Shown here: piece by piece, positions 38,781-47,908 of the stretch
How the letters are laid out: each line of letters opens with the position of its first letter
How positions within the stretch are numbered: the stretch's first letter is position 1
IMG/VR virus record: IMGVR_UViG_3300031760_000016
Location: 43,455-107,454 of that record
Length of the DNA: 64,000 nt
Origin: a virus
Taxonomy: Duplodnaviria; Heunggongvirae; Uroviricota; Caudoviricetes
Reading direction: 5' to 3' (one strand)
Notes under the pieces: generated by a model
Database searches by the model: none
Told to the model about the DNA's origin: nothing
What the model saw: only the letters and a program-made list of their open reading frames with translations
Made by a program: the position numbers and the translations under genes

Positions 38781-38865
38781 CGGTCGTGGTAGGATTCGAA
38801 CCTACGGACGGTTTCCCGCCGGCAGTTTTCAAGACTGCTGTCATAAACCGCTCGGCCACACGACC
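38781..38865 (-). tRNA. tRNA-Ser (UGA), class II with long variable arm
   Basis: Acceptor GGUCGUG/CACGACC, D region GCCGAGCGGUU, anticodon stem GCAGU/ACUGC with loop CUUGAAA, long variable arm, T arm GUAGG-UUCGAAU-CCUAC. Confidence 0.65.
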
Positions 38866-39168
38866 CTACGCGGCCATCTTGCTGATGGTGGATTCCAGCC
38901 GCCTGACGATTTCATGGCCGTTCAGATTGGTCAGGTTGGCAAAGTATTCGGATTCGAAAAACTCCCGGAAATAGTTGTAGCGATCGGCGTGATCCTTGTT
39001 ACCGGGATCGCGGAGATGGGCGATGTACGCCGACTGAAACTCGTTTGACAGGCTTTTGAGAAATGCCTCGAGGACGGCGATGCAGCCCTCATCGGTGATA
39101 TCGTTGATCGTCATCCTGCGCTCGACGTCAATCATCCGTATGTACCCTGCCTTTCTGATTATGTTCAA
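38866..39168 (-). CDS. Hypothetical protein
   Basis: 100 aa. Confidence 0.35.
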   Translation of the reverse strand: MNIIRKAGYIRMIDVERRMTINDITDEGCIAVLEAFLKSLSNEFQSAYIAHLRDPGNKDHADRYNYFREFFESEYFANLTNLNGHEIVRRLESTISKMAA

Positions 39169-39508
39169 ATCTGTAGCTCTGTGACTTCATGAAAGCACCG
39201 ATGTTTGCGGGATATATTTCATGAAACGAGGAGAAGGAATCGTGCTCCCTGACCATTTGGTCGAGCGTGATAATGAGTTTTATGCACGGCCCTGACCTAA
39301 GACAGCTGACCATGATATGGTAGTAGCTCCGCGGCTTCAGTTCGTCGGCAAAGTCTGACATGCCGCTCGGCGCATACTTTGCCGGGTGCACCTTCACATA
39401 CGGCATCGCCTTGATGATCTGCAGGTATTTCTGGTAAGCATACCACGGCAGGCGAACGGCAAAATATCTTCTGTATCTCCAGTCCATCAGATCACCTCCA
39501 TTCCCCAA
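39128..39508 (-). CDS. Hypothetical protein
   Basis: 126 aa. Confidence 0.35.
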   Translation of the reverse strand: MGNGGDLMDWRYRRYFAVRLPWYAYQKYLQIIKAMPYVKVHPAKYAPSGMSDFADELKPRSYYHIMVSCLRSGPCIKLIITLDQMVREHDSFSSFHEIYPANIGAFMKSQSYRFEHNQKGRVHTDD

Positions 39509-39687
39509 ATTCTGCGGCTACCCCAACGCCACCGCAGTGCCCCGGTCGCCCAAATGTGAAAACTGTGCGCCAACGAATTGACGCACAGGGCTGCAGGCTT
39601 CGCAAGTTTCTGCGGCGCGATCACTTATCACCGGCTGAGAGCCGGGCCGGAGTCCCACATATTGATTATCGGTTATTCAGTCGGATT

Positions 39688-40173
39688 TCAGCCGACCTTT
39701 TTCTCCCTATCGGTGCAGTAGAAGATGCCATCATGCTCGCCGAACACATCCTTGGCGATATCCTGATACAGTGTGGTGCAGTTGCCGTAGACATCGTTGA
39801 GATTGTCATTCCAGAACTGCACGACCTTGTTCTGGAACACCACGTAGGCGATTGGGTTGGAGAAAACACCCGGCACGCTCTTGGTGAACGCGAGCACGGG
39901 ATTGTTGGCAAAGGCCGCCTCGAAGAGGGATTCGGGGGTCGCCTCGACCGTGTTTCCGGGAATGATATTCACGCGGATGGTGACATTGCCGAACGTGCGC
40001 TCCGGCGGCAGCAGCTGGGTCATGGCGTCGGCCTTGGACGGATTGTCCACATACAGATTGATGATGTTCTCATCCTCATCGTAGATGATGCCGATGTCGG
40101 GATCGCGACCAAAGAGCGCCTCGATCTCATGATAAAAGGTGACCCAGGGTGGAGAGACTTTGAGTTTTGCCAT
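39688..40173 (-). CDS. Hypothetical protein
   Basis: 161 aa. Confidence 0.4.
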   Translation of the reverse strand: MAKLKVSPPWVTFYHEIEALFGRDPDIGIIYDEDENIINLYVDNPSKADAMTQLLPPERTFGNVTIRVNIIPGNTVEATPESLFEAAFANNPVLAFTKSVPGVFSNPIAYVVFQNKVVQFWNDNLNDVYGNCTTLYQDIAKDVFGEHDGIFYCTDREKKVG

Positions 40174-40230
40174 AGTGAAAAACCTCCTAGTGTTGTATTT
40201 CTAAACCGCTGCCTTTGGCAATGGAATAGT

Positions 40231-40647
40231 TCAGTATGCGATGTGCCTGAAGAGTTCTGGCTCTTCGCTTTCGAAAAAACCCTGACGCTCTTCGTTCCAG
40301 AGAAAATAGATGCGAGCTTCCGGACCGGCCGACTGGTACAGGCCGGGGAAGCGGCAGAGAATGAAACCGGCGTGAAAAACCGTTTCCTGGATGTCAAGCC
40401 AGTTCCCGTTCATGGCGCTGACGGCGGAATAGAGTTCGTAGTAGAAACCCATGCTGTTCAGGTTTGCGTCCGGGAACCCGGACGGGATGTCCTCGCCGTT
40501 GCGATGGTAGATCAGTTCTTTGCAGGGATGCTCAAACAGCACGATTTCGTAGATGGGCGGCTGGCTTTCATTGTGGAGGTTCTGGTATTGCTCGACGTAT
40601 TCGATGATTCGCTCGCGACCGTCAACTGGCATTTTTGTGTCTTTCAT
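40231..40647 (-). CDS. Hypothetical protein
   Basis: 138 aa. Confidence 0.4.
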   Translation of the reverse strand: MKDTKMPVDGRERIIEYVEQYQNLHNESQPPIYEIVLFEHPCKELIYHRNGEDIPSGFPDANLNSMGFYYELYSAVSAMNGNWLDIQETVFHAGFILCRFPGLYQSAGPEARIYFLWNEERQGFFESEEPELFRHIAY

Positions 40648-40680
40648 TTTCTTATGCTCTCCGTTTACACTTCTTTGGTT

Positions 40681-41112
40681 TTACCAGTTACTCGTATCAG
40701 TGATGTCGTACTCAGCGCCACAAATTGGACATATGACGGTTGTGGAAATTCCGATACCTGTACCAAACTGCTTTACATACGGGAATCTACCGCTATCAAT
40801 CTTGTAACCTTTACCACAATTTTCATGCTCAGCAATAAATTGCTTATATCGCTCCAGCTCCAGGTCAGAACCCAGTACCACCACAGCATATTTCAGCTTG
40901 TTTTTGAGAATACGGTTTTCTGATTCATATTCATTTATTGTGTCTGCCCTGACCTCTTCGCGCGTCTTTTGAGCTTGCTTACGAGCGGAATCTGCCTTGC
41001 GCTCATAGTATTCTACAGAATCCTTTACAAGCCTGGAGAGATCATCAGCGCTATAAACATGCGTCAAAAAACGGTTGTCATACCTGTCCAAGAAAATTGA
41101 ACTAATGATCAT
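40681..41112 (-). CDS. Coiled-coil protein with C-terminal zinc ribbon
   Basis: C-terminal CPICGAEYDITDTSNW. Start trimmed to the internal Met at 41112 because the longer ORF overlaps the upstream gene by 245 nt. Confidence 0.4.
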   Translation of the reverse strand: MIISSIFLDRYDNRFLTHVYSADDLSRLVKDSVEYYERKADSARKQAQKTREEVRADTINEYESENRILKNKLKYAVVVLGSDLELERYKQFIAEHENCGKGYKIDSGRFPYVKQFGTGIGISTTVICPICGAEYDITDTSNW

Positions 41113-41143
41113 CACCACCAATATTGAATACTGCTTTATTGGA

Positions 41144-41635
41144 TCAAAACCAAAATCTCCACCATTCTTCAATAAATTCAAAGATTTTGGTCTTACCTTC
41201 AAAATCTTGTGCTGCTTCTTTAACTGTGCAATGAACATCATCGATATAGTCGGCATAATGCCAGAATTGATTGATCTTTGGATACCATTGATACTTTTCA
41301 ATATCATCCCCCAAGTCTTTTTCAATTTCATCCAGCATAAAATAGAAGGACTGGTACAGGAAGCTCTGGAATCCAACTTCGTTGACAACGGCGTCCCAGT
41401 CGTTCTTTGCTTCCATATCGACCAGTTTGTTATGAATGCGATCGAGAAGCTCGTTGCATTCCTTTGCAGTGATGTCCTCCATTTTCAGCCAGTCATTTCG
41501 GTTCATTTGCATTGCCTCTCTTTCAATTTGGCACTGGCGGCAGGATTTGCACCTGCGAAATCTCCCTGGAAAAACCGGTTGATTCGGGCGCATGCAGTGT
41601 TTGCAGCTCACCCGAGGGGTTTGGCTCCTTCCCAC
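41144..41635 (-). CDS. Hypothetical protein
   Basis: 163 aa, ends in FIEEWWRFWF. The true start may be an internal Met. Confidence 0.35.
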   Translation of the reverse strand: MGRSQTPRVSCKHCMRPNQPVFPGRFRRCKSCRQCQIEREAMQMNRNDWLKMEDITAKECNELLDRIHNKLVDMEAKNDWDAVVNEVGFQSFLYQSFYFMLDEIEKDLGDDIEKYQWYPKINQFWHYADYIDDVHCTVKEAAQDFEGKTKIFEFIEEWWRFWF

Positions 41636-41682
41636 TTACGCCAATGAAAATTGCTTTATGAAAAACCTCTTTTATGTTTATT

Positions 41683-42177
41683 TCAGTTCCACCTTGGCGG
41701 GTATTCGCACAGAAGGACTTCTCTCTCGCCGAGTACATCATTTATCATGGGAAGAATTTTGCCTTCCCAGTCGCCGTTGCCTCTCGCACAGCCAATTCTG
41801 TAAGGCATTGCGATCGTCCAATTGTTCACTGAAGTCAGATCGGCGAGCTGGTGCAGGCACTGATTGAAGGCCGCATAGTTTGTGTAAACCCTGCTGTGGT
41901 CACGACCATAATCATACTGCGCAAACATGTTTGCGACAAAAACCCTTGGTGTTTTATCAGCGTCGAACAATGCAGGACAGAGTTGGACGTGTCCAAGCAA
42001 CTTTATTCTGTCGCTTTCATAGCAATCGCACATATATTTGTACGCGCTGTATACGTCCGGGAAGTTTTTCTTGACTTGGCCTGCAACGCCGCTGCCCATG
42101 ACGCCCATGCAGTTTACCTGATGCGCGATGATCCTTGCGTATGTTTCGAAAACGCTGCACTGAAGGTGACGAATCAT
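41683..42177 (-). CDS. Macro-domain protein (ADP-ribose binding or processing)
   Basis: 164 aa. IIAHQVNCMGVMGSGVAGQVKKNFPDVYSAYK matches the macro-domain N-terminal glycine-rich ADP-ribose pocket (VNaAN..l.gGgGVagAI..aaG). Confidence 0.6.
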   Translation of the reverse strand: MIRHLQCSVFETYARIIAHQVNCMGVMGSGVAGQVKKNFPDVYSAYKYMCDCYESDRIKLLGHVQLCPALFDADKTPRVFVANMFAQYDYGRDHSRVYTNYAAFNQCLHQLADLTSVNNWTIAMPYRIGCARGNGDWEGKILPMINDVLGEREVLLCEYPPRWN

Positions 42178-42629
42178 AGCTGACTCCCAATTGAACCGAG
42201 CTTGAGTTCAGGCGTTTCTTCCGCCTTCGCCTGTTCTGAGACCCAAAGGTCATAAATCAGGTTTGCAGCCCGGTTCAGGACGGCGTCGGATTCCTTCTCG
42301 GGGTCTTTATCTGCGTAGCAGGTGCGATCGATGATGTCCGTCAGCCACATGACCGGGATTACAGGAACGTTGCGAGCCTCCTTGATCAGTTTCCGAACGC
42401 GGCGTGTGACATCCTGAGCGCTCATTCCGTCCAGTTTTCCACGGAAGACGCATTCGAAATTAGCCTTGAAGTCATCGCGGCTTATCAGGTCGTACACCAA
42501 ATTCACCTCCGGATTGATTTTTGGCACAACAAAAGAGACGGCGTGTCGCCGTCCCATCAAAGTGCCCTGCCTATAGATCTTTCTTGTCCAGGTTAAAACG
42601 AATTCTGTATTCCTCTTTGATCTCCGCAA
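42174..42629 (-). CDS. Hypothetical protein
   Basis: 151 aa. Confidence 0.35.
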   Translation of the reverse strand: MRRSKRNTEFVLTWTRKIYRQGTLMGRRHAVSFVVPKINPEVNLVYDLISRDDFKANFECVFRGKLDGMSAQDVTRRVRKLIKEARNVPVIPVMWLTDIIDRTCYADKDPEKESDAVLNRAANLIYDLWVSEQAKAEETPELKLGSIGSQL

Positions 42630-43062
42630 TCTTATCTTCGCGCCATGCCCTCAGTGCAACTGGTCGCGAAACGCTGTCAAGCTCCGGGTCAAGACTCTGG
42701 TTGGTTTTAATTTTGTAAGCACGAATGGTCTCTTCGTCAGGCTCCGGAAGTTTCTCAGCTTTTATTCTGAAGCAGTCTTCATAATCTTTCATGGAATTCT
42801 GCCATTTATTACGCTGACGCATATTATCAAAATGAGGATATGCAAACATTATTACAATATGTACTATCAGCATAACACAACCGAGTACGGAAACAACTTG
42901 ATTTTCAGAATCCATCAGATTACGCCATAATGCATACGGCCCAAGGAAGACCAACATAGAAACAAAGAACGATTTGAAACCGTCCGGTTCTTCTTTATAT
43001 AGCTTGTAGAAAAAGTATATTATCCCAGCAACGATTGTTATGATGGAAACCACGATGTCCAC
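42571..43062 (-). CDS. Multi-pass membrane protein
   Basis: 163 aa with several hydrophobic helices. Confidence 0.4.
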   Translation of the reverse strand: MDIVVSIITIVAGIIYFFYKLYKEEPDGFKSFFVSMLVFLGPYALWRNLMDSENQVVSVLGCVMLIVHIVIMFAYPHFDNMRQRNKWQNSMKDYEDCFRIKAEKLPEPDEETIRAYKIKTNQSLDPELDSVSRPVALRAWREDKIAEIKEEYRIRFNLDKKDL

Positions 43063-43625
43063 TACAAGTACCCCTTAGTCAATAATATGCCTATGATGTA
43101 ACTATTCTATTACGCTTCTGGCTGTTTGTCAACCGCCTTGCTTTTGTAGTGCTCCTTGGTTATGTCAGCCATGGCGTGGTATGAAGCTTCTACGCCTTCC
43201 TTCCAGCCCCTATCATAATCCCCGAAGTACTTTGAAGCGGCGTTCCAGCCCTCCGTCCAGCCCTGCGACCACGGGCTGCCTTCGCGGTATTGCGTGAAAC
43301 ATATGACGATGCCTGCCGAGATAGCTCCGCCCGCGAAGCAGATGAAATTCAGCATTGCCCCTGACATGACCACCCGTCCTTTACCGGTTCAAAGGTGTAG
43401 ATCGAGTTCAGAGTGTGAACTACGACGGAATCAGCGGACATGTCGAATTCCGTCACGGTCGAGGTGCTCATCCAGCCATCGTTGGGCGTGCCGTCCGCGT
43501 TCTCATAATACTGGACGACCAGCCGTCGTTTAGTATGCACACCGAGTGGAAACCAACAGACGCGGCCGATCCTCATGGGATAGCGGCCGTCATCCCTGTC
43601 GTAGCCATCGAGATCCGTGATGGAT

Positions 43626-44111
43626 TTAATCCTGTAGAACTTCGCCATCAGAATGCACCTCCGGATTTCCAGAGCACTGGTTCAATTCATTGAACAAACT
43701 GACCGTGACGTTCATTTCCTCCATGAGCCGGTGGCCGAGCTGTCCGACGAACGTGTCCAAATCTGCATATATCTTCGCGAGCTTGTCGGTGACGTCGGAC
43801 TGGAGCTTGATCTTGGCCTTCTTCAGCGCGATCTGCTTGCCGACCTCCACATCGAAGGTGTCGCGCTTATCGCAAATAGCCTTGCCGATGTAGTAGGGTT
43901 TTACAGACGCGTTCTGGTTGAAGGAGTAGAGTGCCCAGAGCAGACCAATCTTGCTGGTCGAGCTGTGCCGGCGGCACAATGCGTCGAGAATCGCGCGGGG
44001 TTCGTCGGGGTCGGTGTTGAGGCGGGCGACGACCGTCCGCTTCTCTTCGTTGATGAAAAACCTGACATTTCCGCCTTTGGAAACTTCTGTGATGGTGGAC
44101 ATTGGCAACAT
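43626..44111 (-). CDS. Hypothetical protein
   Basis: 161 aa. Confidence 0.35.
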   Translation of the reverse strand: MLPMSTITEVSKGGNVRFFINEEKRTVVARLNTDPDEPRAILDALCRRHSSTSKIGLLWALYSFNQNASVKPYYIGKAICDKRDTFDVEVGKQIALKKAKIKLQSDVTDKLAKIYADLDTFVGQLGHRLMEEMNVTVSLFNELNQCSGNPEVHSDGEVLQD

Positions 44112-44126
44112 CCTTTCATTCTGAAA

Positions 44127-44762
44127 TCAGTGCTGATTGAAAACCACGCAGTCGCCACAGCCGCGCTTCAAGTCCCAGCAGGAGTTCCCTGTCTGGACAC
44201 AAGCGCCGCAGTAGCCGCTGCACTGGTGGGCGTTCTCGGGGATATGGGTTTCCGTGTTCTTAAAGCGTATGTAGGCGACGGGCAGGTTGTAGGGGTTTTC
44301 AGGCATAAAATCGCCCCAGGCGCTGAACACCATGTTCAGGTTGCTGGGGAGGTCGGTTCCGTCAGGGGTCTTATGGGCGGCGATGTAATCGTTGACAAGT
44401 TCAAATTTCTTGGTGAAGCAGAGGAAGCTGGTGTGGGGGCAGCTGTTGGCCACGCGAACCATCATGTCCAGGTACTTGGCATCCGGAATGTCCCCGGCGC
44501 TGTGATACCTGAAAAACCTCGAGGTGTACGCCGCGATGGTCACATCGCGCTCAAAGCCATCGGGATCGTCTTGCCAGATATCCAGGTTCTGCTGGAGCAG
44601 ATCCTTGTTGTGCTGGAAACGGAAGCGCCCCTTGCGAGCGTAGCACTCCTTGAAGCAGGGCGCATCAGGCCGGCAGGTCACGACCGGCGGAACGCTGACG
44701 GACGGAATCGCATCTCCGAGCTTGGTGACTCCTCTGGAAATATGAACGTGCTCTGACATCAA
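44127..44762 (-). CDS. Cys-rich hypothetical protein (possibly metal-binding)
   Basis: 211 aa. C-terminal CSGYCGACVQTGNSCWDLKRGCGDC cluster. Confidence 0.4.
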   Translation of the reverse strand: MMSEHVHISRGVTKLGDAIPSVSVPPVVTCRPDAPCFKECYARKGRFRFQHNKDLLQQNLDIWQDDPDGFERDVTIAAYTSRFFRYHSAGDIPDAKYLDMMVRVANSCPHTSFLCFTKKFELVNDYIAAHKTPDGTDLPSNLNMVFSAWGDFMPENPYNLPVAYIRFKNTETHIPENAHQCSGYCGACVQTGNSCWDLKRGCGDCVVFNQH

Positions 44763-45027
44763 TATACATCGCTCCTTTTCATCACGCTTCGACTATGGTT
44801 CTGGGCTGCTTCTGAAACCCGTTGAATTCGGCAACCTCGACGTTGCAGTTCCACGAATAGTTCGTATTTTTCTTCATCGCCTTGAGCGCCTTCTCGGCGT
44901 CCTTGGCGCTGTCGTACAGCTGGACGTCGCAGTCATACCCGACGATCCAGCCGACTTTTCCATCCTCATGCAAAACCCGGATACCGAACTTCACGGCATC
45001 CGGGCTTTCTTTGATTCTCCTGGCCAT

Positions 45028-45492
45028 TTAGTCCTCCGGCAATCCGGGGTAGGTGATCATGCCTGCATACTCAGTGAGCGTCTTCCCGTCGAAGTACCAG
45101 CACCAGTAGTTGCCGTCGGTGTCCTCAAGGAAAACCTTGGCACCCGGCTCGACAAACGGCGCGATGGCATTCATCCATCCTCCGGATTCATCGTTCTCAG
45201 GGCTATCGACTTCCCAGCCGAGGCGTCCGTTCTCAAGGCTGATGTCGGTGACATTGCCTTCGCTGTCCGTATACACCTGCCATTCCTTAGCCTCAAGCTC
45301 ATCCTCAAGCGTATCGTGCTCGGGGACCGGATGACGCCGGTACCATGCGTACTTCTCAGTCATGCGCCGTTCGAAATCCTGAATGGCGGCCAGAGCGGCG
45401 GCCTTGTTGGACGCTCTGATTCTGAAATTCACGCTGCCGGCAAAGACATCGCAACCCATATCATCACCACTTTCTCCATTTGAAGACTTCAA
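45028..45492 (-). CDS. Hypothetical protein
   Basis: 154 aa. Confidence 0.35.
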   Translation of the reverse strand: MKSSNGESGDDMGCDVFAGSVNFRIRASNKAAALAAIQDFERRMTEKYAWYRRHPVPEHDTLEDELEAKEWQVYTDSEGNVTDISLENGRLGWEVDSPENDESGGWMNAIAPFVEPGAKVFLEDTDGNYWCWYFDGKTLTEYAGMITYPGLPED

Positions 45493-46294
45493 TTTTGGGA
45501 TGAGAACCCGTGTACACGCTGTCCGTCGTGAACAGCCGGTCGATCAGACCCTCCGTCGTAAGCAGTTCGCTCTTCAGCACGGAATTCTCACAGTGCGAAC
45601 AGTAGGCGAAGACGCCTTTGACGCCCATGCGCCGCAGCGTCATCGCAGAGTAGTAGAACGTGTCGCCGTTGGTACAGATGTCATCGATCATGAGCACCGA
45701 TTTGCCGGTGATGTCCATTCCCTCCGGCACGATGACCTGAAGTCCGATGATCTTACCGGTTTCCCATATTCGCTCCTTGTCGCCAAAGGCGTAAACCTCT
45801 CCCGCATCGGCGTAGCGGCGAACCGCGCCCTTGTCGGGATAGTAGGGGAGGATGTCCTCCGCGCCGATCTGTGCACAGGCTTTGGCAATGTAGAAGCTGG
45901 GCTTGTCGACCATGATATTGTCGATCACCCCGGCGACCACGTCGGAATGGGGGTCAAAAACCCTGACGCAATGGAAGTTGAGGGAGTTGATGAATTTGCC
46001 AAAATACTTGAGGGTGAAAACCTCATCGTTGCTGCGGATGCGATCCATCCTGGCATTGGGAACATAGGGCAGTTCAAGGTCGATGGTCTCGAAGCGGTGG
46101 CCGCGAAGCCAGCCGACCACGTAGAACAGCGCCGCCATTTCTTCTTCGCCCTGATAGTTCCATCTCACGACGGGCGTGAAAATCTCGGCGGTTTCAACGA
46201 CGGACTTGATCGCGTCCTCGTTGATCTTCAGGTTCAGAGTGCCGTCCGGAAAGTGCTTGGAACAGTCGATGGGATACCCGTTGAGTGAAATCAT
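45464..46294 (-). CDS. Ribose-phosphate pyrophosphokinase (Prs)-family protein; candidate ADP-ribose pyrophosphokinase-like enzyme
   Basis: 276 aa. LPYVPNARMDRI ~ Prs IPYFGYARQDRR; SVLMIDDICTNGDT ~ CVLVDDMIDTGGT (PRPP-binding loop); VFAYCSHCE ~ VFAYATHPI. Confidence 0.65.
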   Translation of the reverse strand: MISLNGYPIDCSKHFPDGTLNLKINEDAIKSVVETAEIFTPVVRWNYQGEEEMAALFYVVGWLRGHRFETIDLELPYVPNARMDRIRSNDEVFTLKYFGKFINSLNFHCVRVFDPHSDVVAGVIDNIMVDKPSFYIAKACAQIGAEDILPYYPDKGAVRRYADAGEVYAFGDKERIWETGKIIGLQVIVPEGMDITGKSVLMIDDICTNGDTFYYSAMTLRRMGVKGVFAYCSHCENSVLKSELLTTEGLIDRLFTTDSVYTGSHPKIEVFKWRKW

Positions 46295-46303
46295 GCCAGC
46301 CTC

Positions 46304-46837
46304 CTAGTCTGCGTTGATGACGTCGATGCAGCACTGCTTCATGATTTGCAGCGCGGCCTTGTGGTTGTCTTCGGTGGTTCCGGCGCAGCAGGACGCGTCC
46401 ACGGCGATGGGAACGTCGGGATAGTGCGCCCGCAGCAGAAGCGCATTGGAAACCACACAAATATCCGTGCAAAGACCGATGATTTCGATGCGGTCGTAGT
46501 GCTCCTGATCGCAGATGTAGTTCGCCAGATTGACGCTGCCGAAGGTGCCCTTCAAAAACCCGTCGGCGGATTCCGGCAGGGCTTCCATGACGCGATGGTC
46601 AAGCTGCCAGCCCGGCGAGCGAACGACGCAGTGCTCGACCGGAATGTGTTCGCCCTCAAGCGTTTCCAGATAGTCGTCAAAGTGCGTGTCCTTCGTGTAG
46701 AACACATCGCCGTCCCAATCGCGAATCTTATCGCAAACCCTGGGGACGATGGCTTCCGCCTGCGCAGACCCCAGCGGACCGGAGATGAAGTCGTTCTGCA
46801 TGTCCACGACAATGAGCAGGTTGTGGCTCAAAAGCAT
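46304..46837 (-). CDS. Isochorismatase-family hydrolase, nicotinamidase (PncA)-like
   Basis: 177 aa. LIVVDMQNDFISG (catalytic Asp block) and IEIIGLCTDICVVSNALL (catalytic Cys block) as in PncA/isochorismatase. Confidence 0.65.
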   Translation of the reverse strand: MLLSHNLLIVVDMQNDFISGPLGSAQAEAIVPRVCDKIRDWDGDVFYTKDTHFDDYLETLEGEHIPVEHCVVRSPGWQLDHRVMEALPESADGFLKGTFGSVNLANYICDQEHYDRIEIIGLCTDICVVSNALLLRAHYPDVPIAVDASCCAGTTEDNHKAALQIMKQCCIDVINAD

Positions 46838-46948
46838 CAGTCCTTTCTTTCTTTTTTGGTAATGGTCATGCCATCCACAGAGCGCCGAAGCCTAAATTGA
46901 TGCGAGGCGCTGTGCCCTCAGAGCCGAGCTGCTTGGAAAATTAAACTG

Positions 46949-46981
46949 ATAAACTCAAGTTATTCCTTAACTTGAGTTTAT
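46949..46981. repeat. Perfect 14-bp inverted repeat with 5-nt spacer
   Basis: ataaactcaagtta-ttcct-taacttgagtttat. Confidence 0.8.
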
Positions 46982-47809
46982 TGGGTTAACTTTACAAGCA
47001 GTGAGCAGGGGGCGGAGCTTTACTTCGGATGTCATCGCGAAGCCTCGGTATCGAGCGTCTATGTATCAGACCGGAAATCAAAACACCTCATCACGAACGG
47101 TGCGCATAAGACGCGGGGCGTCAGCATTCATCTGCAGCTGGCCGGCGCTCTTCATCAATCGCCGCGCCTCTTACGGCTTTCTTAGCAATGCACATAATGT
47201 TCGAAACAAAGCGCCTTTCAATCCCTCAACACCGGAATCTGCATGGCATGTTGTGTGGCGAACGGATATATCTCTGTGTAATTCAAATTCGTTATTCGTA
47301 TATCCGCTGTTAATTTGTATGTCCGCCACATTGCTACAACGGCGTTGCCGCCGGTATAACCGCATCAGGTTGGTCGTGCTTTCCCTTTGGAAACAAAAAC
47401 TTGGTCTTGCATACATGGCAGCCACGTGGAGAACCGCTGCCCAATCTGCTTTTAATGGCGAACCTGAACCCGTGGATTTGCGTAGTGCATAACCCATAGT
47501 GGATACTCAGTATTGAATAGGAACAAACTGCCCGAGGGCTCAATCAATAGTCAATGCTGAATATTCAGTCAATCAATGGCAAATAGTCAATGAGAAAACG
47601 TCGGGACTTCGGCAGCGAATATTTCTACAGCCTTCGCTGCGGGAGCAGCCCGATCACAATCTTAACATTTCTTCATATTTACCTTGAAGAATATCGGGTA
47701 TCACCCGTCATATTAGCGGTGCTTTGTTTTGTTTTTTACTTCAGTCAGAGCACCGAATGACAGAAGAAAAGCAGGAATGCGGTTTTCGCCACATATGCAA
47801 GACCTTTAT

Positions 47810-47885
47810 TGGTTGCGGGGGAAGGATTCGAACCTTCGACCTTCGGGATATGAACCCGATAAGCTGACCGCTGCTCTACCCCGCA
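47810..47885 (-). tRNA. tRNA-Met (CAU)
   Basis: Acceptor UGCGGGG/CCCCGCA, D arm GAGC/GCUU, anticodon stem UCGGG/CCCGA with loop UUCAUAU, T arm GAAGG-UUCGAAU-CCUUC, encoded CCA. Confidence 0.65.
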
Positions 47886-47908
47886 GTGGGAGCCGGGGAA
47901 AGCCCGGC

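Noticed and set aside
40681-41388. Full 235-aa ORF as annotated by the track
   Set aside because: Its first 92 codons overlap the upstream 163-aa ORF out of frame. The gene was trimmed to the internal Met at 41112.
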